Shown piece after piece: positions 24,463-25,475 of a stretch of DNA of 25,475 nucleotides (position 1 is its first letter; each line of letters starts with the position of its first letter). Position numbers and translations under genes: made by a program. Location: the IMG/VR virus record IMGVR_UViG_3300042478_001867, positions 1 to 25,475 of that record; one strand, given 5' to 3'. This DNA comes from a virus (lineage: Duplodnaviria > Caudoviricetes). The notes under the pieces are model-generated. The model was not told the origin of the DNA, ran no database searches, and worked only from the letters and a program-made list of their open reading frames with translations.

Positions 24463-25475
24463 CTGTCCGCATTGCGATAAGGCTTGCTCGAATGATATTC
24501 GCCCATACGTGTGTACGTGCGGTGCGGTGCTTGGCAAGCGTGGCTGGCTGACGACCGTGACGGTCAAACCGACCAGTGGAAACTCGATCGTCGATCGCGA
24601 GGCGAGAAAAGCCATCGAAGGGCGGAGAGCGTGGTCGAAGCTGCACCGCATTGAGCTTGGGACTCCCGAAGCTTTTGAGAAGTGGAAGAAGTACATGCCA
24701 GCCGGCTGCGAGTGCCGCAAGAAGGTTGGTGCGATTTTGAGCCGACTACCGCCGAGGTACGGATCGCCCGAAGAATGGTTCGAGTGGACCGTGGAGTTCC
24801 ACAACGCAGTGAATGCAGGCTTGAGCACCCCAAAGCCTGCCGTTCCAATGGAGCGAGCCTACGTGCTTTGGCGCAACCGCAGGCCATGCACAAGCAAGAC
24901 TCGTTGCATTGTTTCTGTAGCCGTGGGTCTCGAGATGATAGAGATAGCCAAGGAGACGTGGCCGCTCATGCAGGCTTACGCCGATCGGTGCGGAGCCGAC
25001 TTTATCGGTCTCGACAACGACACCGAAGATTGGTGGGGGCTCGAAAAGTTTCGGACGGGACATTTTGCAAGCCAGTATGACGAAACGCTATTCCTGGATG
25101 CAGATTGCGTGGTGCGAGAGCAATCGCCGTCGATTTTCGACGAGCACCTCGAATCGATCGGCATTTGCGACGAATCCAGCAAGTTTAATCGCCGACACCG
25201 AGAATGGATGATCAAAGAGCGAAAGTCGGTCGAGTCGCGTTCAAAAGTCAAGATTGAGCACACGGAGCATTCGGTCAACTCGGGCGTGGTCTTGTGTCGT
25301 CGGTCGGCCAGTGACATTTGGAAGCGACCGGAAGTTGACATCGGCACGATGCACTGCGCGGAGCAAGTGTGGGTCGGAAAGCAGATTGACGATTTGGTAG
25401 CGAACGGGGCCTCGCTCGGAAATCTTAGCTTTCGATGGAACTGGCAATACTGGTACTCAGACTTTGGCGAGGGGC
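24425..25475 (+). CDS. Erv1/ALR-like sulfhydryl oxidase domain fused to GT-A glycosyltransferase (3'-truncated, not in ORF track)
   Basis: Hand translation shows no stop from ATG 24425 (alternative GTG 24452/24455) to the window end. Erv-like motifs: GRRAWSKLH 24620-24646, PAGCEC with CEC at 24707-24715, and WTVEFHNAVN with HNAVN at 24800-24814. GT-A motifs: FLDADC with DAD at 25097-25105, NSGV 25277-25288, then EQ and RWN. Confidence 0.8.
   Translation, partial: MTVAHEGIAVVCSCPHCDKACSNDIRPYVCTCGAVLGKRGWLTTVTVKPTSGNSIVDREARKAIEGRRAWSKLHRIELGTPEAFEKWKKYMPAGCECRKKVGAILSRLPPRYGSPEEWFEWTVEFHNAVNAGLSTPKPAVPMERAYVLWRNRRPCTSKTRCIVSVAVGLEMIEIAKETWPLMQAYADRCGADFIGLDNDTEDWWGLEKFRTGHFASQYDETLFLDADCVVREQSPSIFDEHLESIGICDESSKFNRRHREWMIKERKSVESRSKVKIEHTEHSVNSGVVLCRRSASDIWKRPEVDIGTMHCAEQVWVGKQIDDLVANGASLGNLSFRWNWQYWYSDFGEG

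Noticed and set aside
671-25447. Numerous minus-strand and alternative-frame ORFs in the track (e.g. 3204-3923, 11653-12297, 15347-15997, 24682-25080)
   Set aside because: They overlap well-supported + strand genes, lack recognisable motifs and look like antisense or frame shadows.

Overview
The window is a ~25 kb virion-morphogenesis region of a tailed dsDNA phage or prophage, with all credible genes on the + strand and several coupled by ATGA/GTGA-type overlaps. A Planctomycetota-like host is only an inference. Gene order: partial LamG-like protein, TerS, TerL, HTH protein, Thr-rich structural protein, small inserted gene, Mu-type prohead protease/scaffold, decoration protein, major capsid, Mu gp36-like adaptor, Mu gpG-like protein, probable tail genes, a 1950-aa portal polyprotein, a small ORF, MuF, two probable tail-tip proteins, and a 3'-truncated gene. 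Three things stand out. (1) The last gene (24425 to the window end, absent from the ORF track) fuses an Erv1/ALR-type sulfhydryl-oxidase-like domain to a GT-A glycosyltransferase and lies directly behind a 29-Cys protein. This suggests a phage-encoded system for disulfide bonding and glycosylation of virion proteins. (2) The portal carries a duplicated HPRGPNGRFI/SAP-like module plus LPD1/zincin, Acb1-like 2H-phosphoesterase and ParB-like cargo, separated by recurrent [RK]-[MFL]-[SAG] motifs. (3) An attC-like integron cassette appears to be inserted in the head operon. All family assignments come from motif reading by eye; no searches were run.
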